A stretch of 64,000 nucleotides of DNA from Eledone cirrhosa (lineage: Eukaryota). Of this stretch, positions 31,923 through 45,472 are shown one piece after another. Below the pieces are notes generated by a model. That model saw only the letters and a program-made list of their open reading frames with translations, was not told where the DNA came from and ran no database searches. The stretch is from positions 50,840,001-50,904,000 of the forward strand of contig OZ024749.1 of NCBI GenBank assembly GCA_964016885.1. The letters are read 5' to 3'. Positions within the stretch are counted from its first letter, which is position 1. Every line of letters starts with the position of its first letter. Position numbers and translations under genes: made by a program.

Positions 31923-33204
31923 ATATATAAAAATGTGTTAACATAAAAAACACGAAATACCTGGAATCAGTATGCAGTTTCCAAAGCAAGTTATTTTGTT
32001 ATGCGTATTCTAACAACAGGGCATATCTTTTTGCAACTGCGTTTTCTCGCTATATATGGCATGCTGATCTTCTTAACGTTTACGCCTTTTAGGCACATGA
32101 TCACAGAGTCACCCACTCAAACGCAGAAATATATATATATTCGTATATATATTCGTATACACACACACACACACACATTCACACACATACACATACACAT
32201 ACACACGCACATACACACACACATATATATATATATATATAGGTTATAGCATCTTCGAAATTATTTCTTGTAGCATGATGATGCGATGTCTCAGCGGTTT
32301 ATAGAGATCTTGACTTTGATCATCTGGGTCAAAGATTCTTACGCGTTATTTCACTCATAGTATCAAGGAAAGTATATTAAACGTGATAGTTTATGGCTCA
32401 AATTACTTTTGTTAAATCCGCTGATGATAGGTTCAGCAGTATCTTGCACATTAAGCGTTGCAAGGCTTACTACAGATTGGATCCTGAACGCTTCTAACGA
32501 AAGGATGCATGTGTGCTCTCATAATGAGCTGTTCATTGACGCAATACATGATAATGGAACATGTTAAAACGAATAATTGATTGCAGAGTGGTATATATAT
32601 AGCGTGTGTCACCTAGGCTGCAGAAATGTGTGTAAGTATCTAAACATAACTAAATGTACGCACGTAAACCTGCCAGAATATATACATTTCTCTGTAAATT
32701 AAATATTTGATAAAACAGTCTTTGATTTACGAATTTTCGGTTTTTCGGATCAAATTTAGCCGTAATCAAAAGTTGTGCATACCACCCAATCAACCACAAG
32801 AACAGATCTGATGTATGCATATATATTGGCTCTTAGTATTATCTTGAAATGGACGAACTTAAGTGATTATAATTAACACGCGTGTTCGTAATTAAGGAAA
32901 TGTAGCGTGCCAGGTTTAACTCTACGAAATAAGGTAAAGTCCATCCGACAGTCCCCCATTCAGCTTCACCCTGTCCAATTTCAGCCAAACGACATGTGTC
33001 AAACAGTGGAATCGAACCTAGGATATATTATTGCGGATCACACACATTTTCTTGATTACTCAGCCATGTGCTTTCATGTATATACCGATCATTTAATTTT
33101 AAATATGACACGTGCTTGTGCGTTGATATGTGTTTTAAAAAAGGAAAACTATATCATAAGATCCTAATTTCGCTATAACACAAACTAATATATATATATA
33201 TAGA

Positions 33205-33272
<68 letters not shown>

Positions 33273-33278
<6 letters not shown>

Positions 33279-33804
33279 GAGATCAAAAGATGGTTAAAGG
33301 AGTTCCATGTATTTTATTATGCGCATTTCAAAAACAAACATCATCATGCAATAATATTTGTGTTTTCATCAGATAAAACAGGAGAACATGATATGAAGGC
33401 TAAAACACACTTGTGGATAGTGCAGTTTTAAATCAACATATGAAAAGTGGTTTTAGATTGATGTGTGATATTGGGAAAAATATTTTATTTAGAGAGGGGG
33501 CTAAATAAAATATTTTTCCCAATATCACACATCAATCTAAAACCACTTTTCATATGTTGATTTAAAACTGCACTATCCACAAGTGTTTTTTAGCCTTCAT
33601 ATCATGTTCTCCTGTTTTATCTGATGAAAACACAAATATTATTGCATGATGATGTTTGTTTTTGAAATGCGCATAATAAAATACATGGAACTCCTTTAAC
33701 CATCTTTTGATCTTATATTATGTATACTCCAGTCCTACAAACTGTAGAGTGCTTCTTATCCGATATCTGCATTGCTTTATTGTACTACAATAAAACTCAC
33801 CTCC

Positions 33805-33808
<4 letters not shown>
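33273..33808 (+). mobile_element. Family B fold-back HHR element (220-bp arms, 8-nt loop, 3' tail extension)
   Basis: Arms 33273-33492 and 33501-33720 with ~2 mismatches, unique tail to 33808, (TA)n on both sides. Confidence 0.9.
33615..33681 (+). ncRNA. Type I hammerhead ribozyme (mirror copy on - strand at 33312-33378)
   Basis: ttttat CTGATGA [stem II] GAA ATGCGCAT A ataaaa: stem I ttttat/ataaaa, palindromic stem III, AUA cleavage triplet. Confidence 0.85.
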
Positions 33809-33884
<76 letters not shown>

Positions 33885-33940
33885 TATATATATATATATT
33901 TATGTAAATATATCTATATACATATATTCATTTTTGTGTG

Positions 33941-33972
<32 letters not shown>

Positions 33973-34677
33973 TACATCAATGAATGTGTTTGCATTGCAG
34001 ATGTTTATTGCATTTCACACATTATACAAACATGCCATATATATTTCATTGCTGACATACACTGGAATAGTTGTATTACGTTCGATTCATTATGAATATA
34101 TTTATATGAATAATACTGAGATCCGCGAGTGCTATGAGAATGCATTAACAAATGTAATACTGCTTATTATTTGAATTCTCAAATGCATTAGCGTATTAAT
34201 GCATTGAATATATGACATCTTAAAACGCTGGAACTAAGTTTGGTCTTATTTCATGTGTAAACATGTAAAAAGCGGATGAATTTCAGTAGAGGTTAACATA
34301 GAATAAAATAAATATAAATGAAGAAATATATAACAGTGTAGCATATTCAGAATTATTAGAATATTATGAATAGAAATATAAATGATATATTATGGTGAAT
34401 GTAATACTGATAAGGATGAATAAATAAACTAAGCCACACGTTAAAAATCCACATAAGGAAATATTTCATATTTCAGCTACATTAAAAGGTCTTGACATTC
34501 TAATAACGTATGTCACGTCGAAGAAGTTATTTACTGACTTTCCAAATATTTCTGTACGGGGAAAATTCTCACCGCTAAAAGATGTATGATACTTCATTGT
34601 AGTGCCTACATGATCTTTAAAATATGATATAAAGATATTGCACTCCACAGGGTATACATATATATTCGTAGTGCCTG

Positions 34678-34859
34678 ATAATTGTTTCTACTTTTGACAC
34701 AAGGCCAGTAATTACCTAGTAATTTACTGGTACATTATGTTATCAAGCCCGTAAGGATGAAAGGCAAAGTTAACCTTGGCAGGATTTGATCTCAGATAAA
34801 AAAGGGACGTAACTCTATGATTCAAAGCATGGCGTCAGCTCTCTACCAATACTGCCAAT
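34678..34859 (-). mobile_element. tRNA-derived SINE
   Basis: Reverse complement of the family; TSD tagtgcctRataat at 34669-34682 and 34859-34872. Confidence 0.9.
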
Positions 34860-35121
34860 AGTGCCTAATAATGTCATGGAGTAAACACTGTTAAAAAAAG
34901 CTACTCAATATAATAGTAGAGAGTAAGCATTATCTAATAGAGAATTGTCTTATACATGACAAGAACAGTTTCATTCATGTCACTTTACCATGATCATTTC
35001 ATACGAATGAAACAGTTCTAGTTCTGTAGAAACAATTTCTATAATTAATAATCGTGTATACACCCACACACAGCCACATCCACCCACCCACACGCACACA
35101 TACAGACACACACACACAAAC

Positions 35122-35186
<65 letters not shown>

Positions 35187-35215
35187 CATATACATATACA
35201 TATATATATATATAT

Positions 35216-35247
<32 letters not shown>

Positions 35248-35257
<10 letters not shown>

Positions 35258-35409
35258 AGATCAAAAGATGGTTAAATGAGTTCCATGTATTTTATTATTT
35301 AACCATCTTTTGATCTCATATATTATGTATACTCCAGTCCTACAAACTGTAGAGTGCTTCTTATCCGATATCTGCATTGCTTTATTGTACTACAATAAAA
35401 CTCACCTCC

Positions 35410-35412
<3 letters not shown>
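35248..35412 (+). mobile_element. Family B short copy with small fold-back, no HHR core
   Basis: Tail nearly identical to 33695-33808; ORFs at 33720 and 35310 share [30 protein letters not shown]. The 5' part is an inverted piece. Confidence 0.85.
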
Positions 35413-35489
<77 letters not shown>

Positions 35490-35498
35490 CATATACAT

Positions 35499-35690
35499 AT
35501 ACTTTGGGAGCCCCTGCATGGACACACTAGAAGAGGAAGACCAAGGTTAACATATGTTGATGCCCTAAGGACAGACACTGGTCTGTTGGAGATGCAGGAT
35601 ATGGCAGCGATAATGAGGGACAGAGACCGCTGGAGAGAACTCGTCCATGGATCTCGGGAATTTTACCCGCCTTAGATAGATAGATAGATA
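35499..35690 (+). mobile_element. RTE-clade LINE 3' terminal fragment
   Basis: [35 protein letters not shown], followed by a (GATA)n tail. Confidence 0.85.
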
Positions 35691-35691
35691 C

Positions 35692-35783
<92 letters not shown>

Positions 35784-36031
35784 CATATATACATACATAC
35801 ATATACATACACATACACACACACACTCAGCCGGCTGAGGTTGAAGGAACAGAATAGCGGTCGCCCTCGGGTCCTCGATTTTCAGCCCCATGGATTTTAT
35901 CTATTACATTCACGTATTATATTTCGAATACCTGATGATATCATCGAATTCATACGGAACCCGGTCATTGAAATGATCATAGTATAATAAACCTTTCAAG
36001 GATTTACACAAATCCAGCCTCCTGTCATTTC

Positions 36032-36111
<80 letters not shown>

Positions 36112-36920
36112 TATATATATATATACGTATATATATATACACCTATATCAATATATATGTGCGGATCACATATATGTGTGACTTTCAAAAGCTTATTTGA
36201 TTATAATTTATGTAGGTATATCTGAATATATTTGCAATTACACCCACATCTGAAATTATATTAATTGTTCAAAACAGAAAGTTGACCGACCATTATATTA
36301 TTGTCGATATCTCGTATACAATGTGCCTGAACGTTTGAAAGAAACATCTTAAAGTAAGAAAAGAAACAAACCACAAATACAAATATTTAATACAAATTAA
36401 TTACATTTAAGAAATAGAATGGATACTGAAGTATAATTAAAAATAATGTTCTTCTATGTTTCAATAAGTCACGTTTGCTTCAGTTTGTTTCGCTAATTAC
36501 GGCGTCTATGATTGATTATGAAGGCACGGTTAAGCCAGATGTCGGACTGACCTTTTGACCATAACACGAGACACTATTTAAATAAATTAGCTTCAATGTA
36601 GTTAAAGATTAAATAAATAAAGACGACCTTATATTGGGCGTATTGCCAATGTTTGCATAGGTGTTGGATGGGAGAGTATATTTGTTCAATTGTTTGACTT
36701 CAGTATATCTGAGCCACTAATTATAGTGTAGACAGGATTATTTTGGAATATATTTACGTATAGTTATACATACGTACTCAAACAATTGGAAGATCTACGA
36801 CTCACTACATATCTCTCTAGAAACACCCTTTCCACGAATATTTCCTTGAAATAATAAAATAGATATAATATTTAAAACATTCAACAGGAACGAAATGGAA
36901 GCATACCTCAACAATTTATT

Positions 36921-36997
36921 CGAAACAATGGAATAGATAATACTGAAAATACATGAATCCGAAACAATGGAATAGATAATACTGAAATACATGAATG
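36921..36997. repeat. ~39-bp tandem duplication
   Basis: cgaaacaatggaatagataatactgaaa(a)tacatgaat, two copies. Confidence 0.9.
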
Positions 36998-37030
36998 TGA
37001 GTTAGAGAGAAAACAAGAGAGAGATAGAGA

Positions 37031-37071
<41 letters not shown>

Positions 37072-40000
37072 CGAGAGCGAGAGAGAGAGAGAGATGGGGA
37101 GAGAGAAAGAAATGGAGAGAATTATTATCTGAGAACAGATTGTATCATTTATACAAGCGTACGTATTGTTGCCTACCTATATTATTCCTCATGTGCAGTG
37201 ACATCACTATGTGTCAGATGCCTTCGACATTGATCAAAGCTATTTCTAGATGATCGACAGAGAAATGGGAATGAGAGCTAAACTTAATTCTAATCATTAA
37301 ATTAGTTGAACAATATATTTTATGATATACATAACATTGGACGTTTAAGACTGGACAATATAAAATAGATGTATGACTTCAGTGGTGGTTGGGGTTCTTT
37401 AATAATTAAAATCTATACAGTATGTTGTTATTGATATTAGTTCTGTTAAATCCACGTTAAATTCGATGGAGAATGTGAGTCCTTGATATGTATCTAGGAT
37501 TGAAATTAAATTAGAGTTTGCTACAATCAATACTGATTTTAAACCTCCGTATACAGCTTATCCTTAAAGGATAATGTATGTAGGGTAATTTAAATTTCCT
37601 TCGCAATATGATTCAACATAGAATCACTTGCTTTATTGAAACCGGGTATAACCATATCCAGTAAAGATATAACAACTGCAAGACTGTCAATGTATATATT
37701 TCTGTACATATATAAACGACAACTTGATACATGTAACGTAAATATTTTGTTTTAACGAAATTGATTTTACGATCCTACATATGCAAGAAACGGCTTGTTT
37801 TCTAGATTAGATACATTGATTATATATTAAGTAACAGCAAGGAGTAAGATCAATACCGGAGTGGAGAGAATAGATTTATTAAAATAAAAGAAATCTGCAA
37901 CATTCTGGGGAATAACATTTTCTATTATTGTTGAGAAAGCGTCTAGTTCAGAGTGGAGTCTATTCGTATATATTATAGGCAGTCAATTCATATCAAATTA
38001 AGGGGTGAATAACACAATCAATACAAGTATAATTTGTCTTGTAAACTGAACATGCCAGCGAGGTATCGTTCTTAATCATTCATATAATATTCAATTTAAA
38101 ATGTCAACTCAATACCGCAATCTAACCAAAGCAATGCTATTTTATATGCAGCATGTACAGTATCAAGACTGAACAACACACATTAATTTGGTTGAATTTA
38201 GCAATTGCCATTTTTATTGTGATTTAGTATAAACATATTATCAGCGGCCTTCCAATTATGCCTTTGTGTGACATCGTTTTTCTTTGCGTATAATTTCTTC
38301 GAACGTCATTATCCATAGTATTTTTAATGGTATATGCGATCAGGTGGATGTAACACGTTTTTAGAACATGTAATTATTGCTCTAAGTCATGTATCGCATG
38401 TAAGTCTTTTCAAACCCTTCTGTGTGTAAGGTATCAAGATAAGAAATATCTCAGTATATATCGGTTACCTTTTACAACTATTCCAACAGAATCAATTATG
38501 AAATTATATCATTGTTAAATGTAAACCAGTGCACTAACGTCTATGATTCAGTTTATATCTTTAAGCAAACTGATATGCGTAGGCAGCAAATGTAGAATCT
38601 GATAAATGGAGAAGACATATATTACAAAACGGAGTAAATCAAAAAATAATTTTGAACTGACATGAACCAGAAACAGCATGGATTGGATTCTCTTCAAAAT
38701 TACAGTAAACAGATTATTAACACTGGAGCCATTGGTAGGTTTCAGCGAATATTGTTCCAAGACGTGTATATCTTCATAGAATCACATTCTGATATATATT
38801 CAGTCATATATCAAATTAAACTCATGCTTGTGTCTAATGATTCTAATGTGTCAAGAGTAGATATACATATATTATATAAGCCAAATGGACCAAAGACAAA
38901 ATTAAGCTACATATATATTTCTTATATATGGTCCATGATTTTTATTTCCAGGTTTATCAAATATATGTGACAATGCGAATGCCAGCGTCCTGAATTGCGG
39001 TTAATATAACTCATAAATCTAAGTTAAGTGATGATTCTATATCTAAAAGCTTACACTGTTCGAATCAGTAACAAAACATGTTTAAAAATACATTATGTTG
39101 AAACACATTTCTGCCAGGTATATACAGAATAAACGTTATGATTATTTGTTATTCTAGTATTCGTATGTCTAACAGTTATTATCAAAATGCAGTAGAATTC
39201 TAACACAACATTTTATAATATGAAATATATGAAATTAAGATGGATGTTGGCCACCTAAATCTCTATTGCATCGTATCTACAAAACAAACTGTCGCAGCAT
39301 CTATTAGTTATTATATGTTAAGATAATATATGTTCCTCATAAGAACCTTTGAATGTGATTCACGTGAATAATACGATCTACTCAATTGGTACTATACACA
39401 TGCTTGGAAGTAGTTGAATACACTGATGAGACAACATAACATTATGCAAAGACTATGTTTATTTTAACTTAAGATCTGAGTTCAAAGTCTGAATTAGTTT
39501 ACCTCTATAATGGTTCGATACAGTACAGATAATTAGTGATGGATTGTGCACATATAATAACATTTGACTCTGATGTTAATGTTATAAATTATATTTGTTT
39601 TGACTGCTACTGAAACGAACATTATCACTAGAGTTGAGATATTTCACTGGAAAGAATATTTCATTGCTCAATTTCTTATCGTGATGAAGTTTGCAGATCT
39701 TCCAGTCTGTAACTGCTGTTTAAATTTGCAGATAATCAGTGTATGAATATGAACGATTTGATTTAGCTAAGTTTGTTTCTTTCCTTTTATATATCTCTAA
39801 AATAACTTACGACACAAACAATTATTAACTGAAGCTTCAAGATAAAAAAATATAATTCGTTCAAAGATTTCTATCAACTTTGGTTGGAAAATATATAATT
39901 AAAGTTATATTGCAACGTTGTTCGACTTTTCAATTAACAGTGACAAGAGAAGAAACTGAGAGCAAGAGAGTGGTGTGGTGGCAATATATAAATGGTGAAA

Positions 40001-41159
40001 GAGCAAGCGATAGCAGATTAACTGGGTAAACAACACTTTCACATGACTACACATTTCAACTTCAACATGAAAGTCAGATAAATTGAAAGTAAACAATGAC
40101 GATAAAGATATCTTCTAAACAATTAATTTGATAGCATTTTAAAAAAAATTTAATATCCATAAACTATAATTAAATAAATAAATGGTTCAGATTTAAAATA
40201 AAAATGTAAACACAAACGATATAAAAAAGTACGTATTTTATTTAATTTTCCACAAATTTATGATATTAAAATATGATGACGTAGAAGACTCAAGAATAAT
40301 TCCTACGGTATGTGTAAAGTGAATCGTCTTCAAAATATATTTGCGTTAGTAGTATTTATAAACTTTCACGACATTAATTAACTGATCAAATGTTAGCATT
40401 TAATTATATAACTATCAAACCTCAAAATATCCGGCATTACACATCTCCATCGGTTCGAATTTATTGTTTAACATATGTAGTTTTTAAATTTAATGTTATG
40501 GATCTGGAGTTAAGCTCAATTTTTCTGTCTTCTCATTATAAACAATGTTGCTGATGAAAAGGTATTATAAATATGAATGAGCTAAAGTAGAAATGAAAAC
40601 GTAGCATCGATTATTGTTTTTATGGGAGAGATCGTAGAATGTGTCAAATGATGTCAGAAGTGAGGCCTCTAAAGCTTCAGGCGATTAACCTTTGTTTGAA
40701 TGGGGAGAGGGAGTGTAAAGGAGGTATTATCTGTCGACTACATAGTAATCAACGTCATTAGACGTATTGAATAAACTTTTAATAACCAGATATCTATTCA
40801 ATTGATCATTGATGTGTATACAGCGAATACCACGTGTTACTTATATATTGACGTTTTTGTTGTGTTTTTAAATAGGCATAAAGCTAGCTCTGATCAAATA
40901 TGTCTCGGGATGATTGAGTGACAGCGTTGGTGTTCCCAATTTGGGTGCTTTGTAGGACGTGGTTTGTTAAAGAGAATGTTGAAGGAAGACTGTGGACTAT
41001 GTTCGCTTGCAAGTGTGAATTATATAGGAACTAATTACAATTTGACTCCGTGTTATTTTGACATAGTGTATATCTATACATTTTGTGGGATAATATTTAT
41101 GCATATTGATGAATGCATTCAGTTATTAAGTTTCAAAACTTTATTCTTAGTTACTCATT

Positions 41160-41440
41160 TAATACAGGCTGCCGAAATGAGGTTACTCTGATGGATATTT
41201 CCTGTAACGTTGCCTAATAAAGTGCGTATCTCGGAGCTCAGAGAGTCGCTTCAGGTCGAGTCACTACATCTCCGAATTGTGAGATCGCAGCTTCGATATT
41301 ACCAACACGTTTTTAAATTATCTCAGGCAAGTATTGCTGGACATAATGTATGGGTAATATTGAAAATCAGGAGACCCAAGTGTAGATCGCGAACAAGATG
41401 GCCGGCTGGTATCGAATCAATTGGAGAGGGTTGCTTTTAA
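41160..41440 (+). mobile_element. Degenerate RTE-clade LINE fragment
   Basis: IQAAEMRLL*..NKVRISELRESLQVESL..SQLRYYQHV..RRPKCRSRTRW. Confidence 0.75.
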
Positions 41441-42619
41441 TAGTACCTATTGGAATGCGCGCTTTAACACGTTCCTCCAATAAGCAACATTTAACCTTTA
41501 CTTTAACAAAGTGTGACTCAATATCTAGGTTGATTGAATGTATACTATCATATAGCATATACACTTACAATAAAGGTTAGTAAGCTCGATTAACAATTAG
41601 GATGTGTTATTTGTATCCCACTGCTTGGAATCGTGTGACCATGTACATATATATTGAATATGTAAATGTTAAATTGCAGAAATTATAGTATGCCTTAATT
41701 ATAATAAACTATATCGAATTAAGTTATGCGAACACATTGTATAAGTATGCATTTTGCTCGTTAACATACTATCTAGAGAGGAAGCTACGTAGTAGATATT
41801 GAATAATTTGATTCTCAGAGAATAAAAAAACTGTGTTCGAATTAAAATATTTTTTTCCGCATGACATTCCTATTTCTCTAAACGTTCCATATGATACTCT
41901 AGCGGACAACTTTTCTCCTAGACATTCTGTTAATTAATACAATCAATATTATTTGATTAATTAATGTTTTATCAGTAAGACAGTTTCTTCTAATTTCATA
42001 TCAGAATATCTAATGGAAGCTGGAAATAAAATTAAATCGATGGCAAAAACTTTTACAGATATACATTTGTTGAATGTTAAATGCCGTATACAATAGATTA
42101 TCACAAATAAAACCCATCAATCTCTTCATAATAGCTGCATCACATTGACGTAAACCATGTCGTTTCACAATATGGCATCTACGTTTCTGATGGTTCGCTC
42201 TAGTTATTTCCTGTGATATTTACAAACCGTCCGGTAGCTTGGGATCACTACCCATGCAATTCCACCACTATGTACGCCATTGCGTATTGGCTATCCAACT
42301 AACATGATCTGTGATTCGATTGTTCGTTTCAGGTCTTCCGTTTCTTTCTATATGCAAATTTGCTATTATTTTACTATGATAACATCGGTTACTTATTTCA
42401 CATTAAATAACTGTGCGCTTCCTAACATGAACAAACTCTCTCCCTGTCTTACTATCTATGCACTTTATGGTGCGAAAGTTGTTTTCATTTGTCTGTATAT
42501 AGCTCAATTTACGGAGTTTGTATATCTCCTACACAAGCTATCATAATAAAAATGGAATCCTCGCTTGTAGTATCGCACCGCTCTGGATCGAGCATTTAAA
42601 CAGAACAAAGAAGTGGTAC

Positions 42620-43075
42620 CATCAAAACGTGTTTCTTATCACTTGAAGGCTGAGATTGTTGAAACGTACATCCTGCCAGCTGTGTTATATGGTCTGGATT
42701 GTGTTAGCTGGAATTCAAGTTCCCTTCAGAAGCTCTCTACTTTCCAGAACCACATCATGTGACTTATGACTCAACGCCCATATCTCCACCAGTAAGCCAG
42801 TCAATATTACTTATATTACAAAATTAGCTTAAACTAATCACATCAGTTATCAGATAAATTGTTCTCAAAATGTTTGGTCATATCAAACAATCAACTAGTG
42901 GTGTGAATAGGTTGTGCCTAGAAGGAAGGTTAGACGGTAAGAGATGCAGGGGTCGACAGCCAAAACACTGGGTGCACACAGTCAACTGATGGATTGGACA
43001 TCACTTTTGATACTCAAACTCTGCTGTTGTTGATCGACATTTATGGAGAAGAACACCTCGTGTTCATGCGCATTC
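42620..43075 (+). mobile_element. Degenerate RTE-clade LINE fragment
   Basis: Frameshifted ETYILPAVLYGLDCVSW..LSTFQNHIM..FGHIK..LEGRLDGKRCRGRQPKHW. Confidence 0.75.
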
Positions 43076-44234
43076 TGCAATAGTCGGAGTGAGCGTCTAG
43101 GAGTAGGTTCTCATTTATGCATCTGTGGTAACTGGTGAAGCTTATTCAGAGACAGAGAGACAGACACATAGATAGATCGATATATAGATAGACAGACAGA
43201 TATATAGATAGATAGACAGATAGATAGATAGATAGATAGATAGAGAAAGAGAGAATAAGATAGCAAGAGACAGAAATGGAAAGTGATATTCATATAGAAA
43301 CAAACATGCATATTCGCATGTATTTCTTAATAAATGTACATACCTGTTCATGTAGAGGGATGGGTGGATGAAACAGTGACTAATGAAAACAAATAGAGAG
43401 ACATACATCGGAAGAGCACACTCAGTTAATATAATGCCAGCATTATCTTATTCATCTTAATTCAAACATATTTAGCAAAATAAAACACCCATGGATGCTA
43501 TCTTATTTTTGCATCACCGTTATTGTCATCATTTATATAAAAATGAAAACATTTTCAAATATTTTAATACCGGTTGAACATTATTTTTTTTTAATTTATG
43601 ATATCTTTAAATGGAAAGAGGATCTCTAAAAAGAGAAACGGAAAATATATGAAATAGAATATAACATGAAATGAAAGAAAAAAAAAAGAATAGTTTAATA
43701 TTCTCGTTTTCAGGATTCTCTTGAAAACATAAACCTCGTGTAATAAAATCTTCAATTCATAAGATTTCTTATAATATGATACAGCTTTACAATATATTGA
43801 TCTGCAAAATAAGCAGTTAGAATATTTCATTTTTTTTATATACTTTATATGCGCGAATTTATTTTTATATCTTTTCCTTTTTTTATCAAATTAGAAATAC
43901 AAATTGCAAGTAAAGAAGATAATTCTTTTCCCTACTATGCATTTTTGTAGTATTCATAAAAATATTTGGATGTAATCTATATAATGTATACAAATTCAAT
44001 GACACATATTAAGAAAAATAAATATGGATTGCAATTGAATGTATGGAAAAACGTAATTAAAAAATACGTTAAACAAATCTTAAAATGATTTATCTTCTAT
44101 GAAATTCCATTATCGGTCTGTAATCCTTGACAGAGCTTTTATTTATTTTGCATGATAACGCTTTTCACACATTTACACACATCCGCACTTGCTCATCAAC
44201 AACACACACGCACACACACATACCTATATATATA

Positions 44235-44275
<41 letters not shown>

Positions 44276-44278
44276 GTA

Positions 44279-44382
<104 letters not shown>

Positions 44383-44390
44383 GATACATG

Positions 44391-44436
<46 letters not shown>

Positions 44437-44439
<3 letters not shown>

Positions 44440-44544
44440 ATAATAATAAATTTGAAGACTAAAATACAAAGAGCTCGATAAGGATAAATATATATCAAAT
44501 ATAAAAGAACCGTAGTGCAAATAAACTTTAATGTGTTATTTTAA

Positions 44545-44550
<6 letters not shown>
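44437..44550 (-). mobile_element. Family A terminal fragment
   Basis: taataataaatttgaagact..cgataaggataaatatatatcaaatata..gaaccgtag matches 5190-5275; lies between (TA)n tracts. Confidence 0.7.
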
Positions 44551-44620
<70 letters not shown>

Positions 44621-44659
44621 TATACATATAAATATATATATATTTATATATATTTATAA

Positions 44660-44698
<39 letters not shown>

Positions 44699-44733
44699 TT
44701 TCTATATATTTATAAATATATTTATATTTATAT

Positions 44734-44783
<50 letters not shown>

Positions 44784-44849
44784 ATATAAATATAAATATA
44801 TTTATAAATATATGTATATATATTTATATATATATACACATATATGTAA

Positions 44850-44904
<55 letters not shown>

Positions 44905-45309
44905 CATATACATCTATATGTTCAAGTATCTATATATTCACATAGACTGAACATCCCTGAACGAAAATTTCGGTTGTAAATTGAAGTTGTAGATCTCAGT
45001 GTGTTCAGACTGCGAAGGTTTCTCTCAATCATGTATGCGGCTATAAACATGTACATAAATGCATGTATACGTATACTTGTATAGGTGTGTAAGCATATAT
45101 ATGCGTATGGCATCACACACAAATAGTATATAGTCGTTCAGATTCTATATTTGGTACAATTTGTGGAATTTTAGATAGGATCCCCGTTGTTTTTTTTCCG
45201 GTTATTTACGTGCTGTGCTAAAATCACACATTGACCTAGTTTGGTAGGATATATAATATGCTACCATGTTTAAAAACATCACTGGAACATTGAGACTGCT
45301 AAACCGTCC

Positions 45310-45472
45310 ATGACGGCATGCTTTGCAGAAAATAGTTATCGCGCTTAATGGTCTGAGTTCAAATCCCACCGAGGTTTACTTTGCCTTTCATCCTTACGGA
45401 GTCGATAAAATAAAGTAACAATAATACACTGGGATAATTGCTGGCCTTGTGCCAAATGTAGAAGGAATTATT
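45310..45472 (+). mobile_element. tRNA-derived SINE, 5' degraded
   Basis: gagttcaaatccc B box plus core and tail. Confidence 0.85.

Noticed and set aside
33273-33720. Hairpins as MITEs or assembly artefacts
   Set aside because: Ends are asymmetric, turn points vary within a family, and most arms show mismatches. An artefact is not fully excluded for the perfect 55.4-kb hairpin.
35923-35950. Isolated CTGANGA motifs (35.9, 39.4, 40.55, 55.95, 57.7, 63.1 kb)
   Set aside because: No stem II followed by GAAA; expected by chance.
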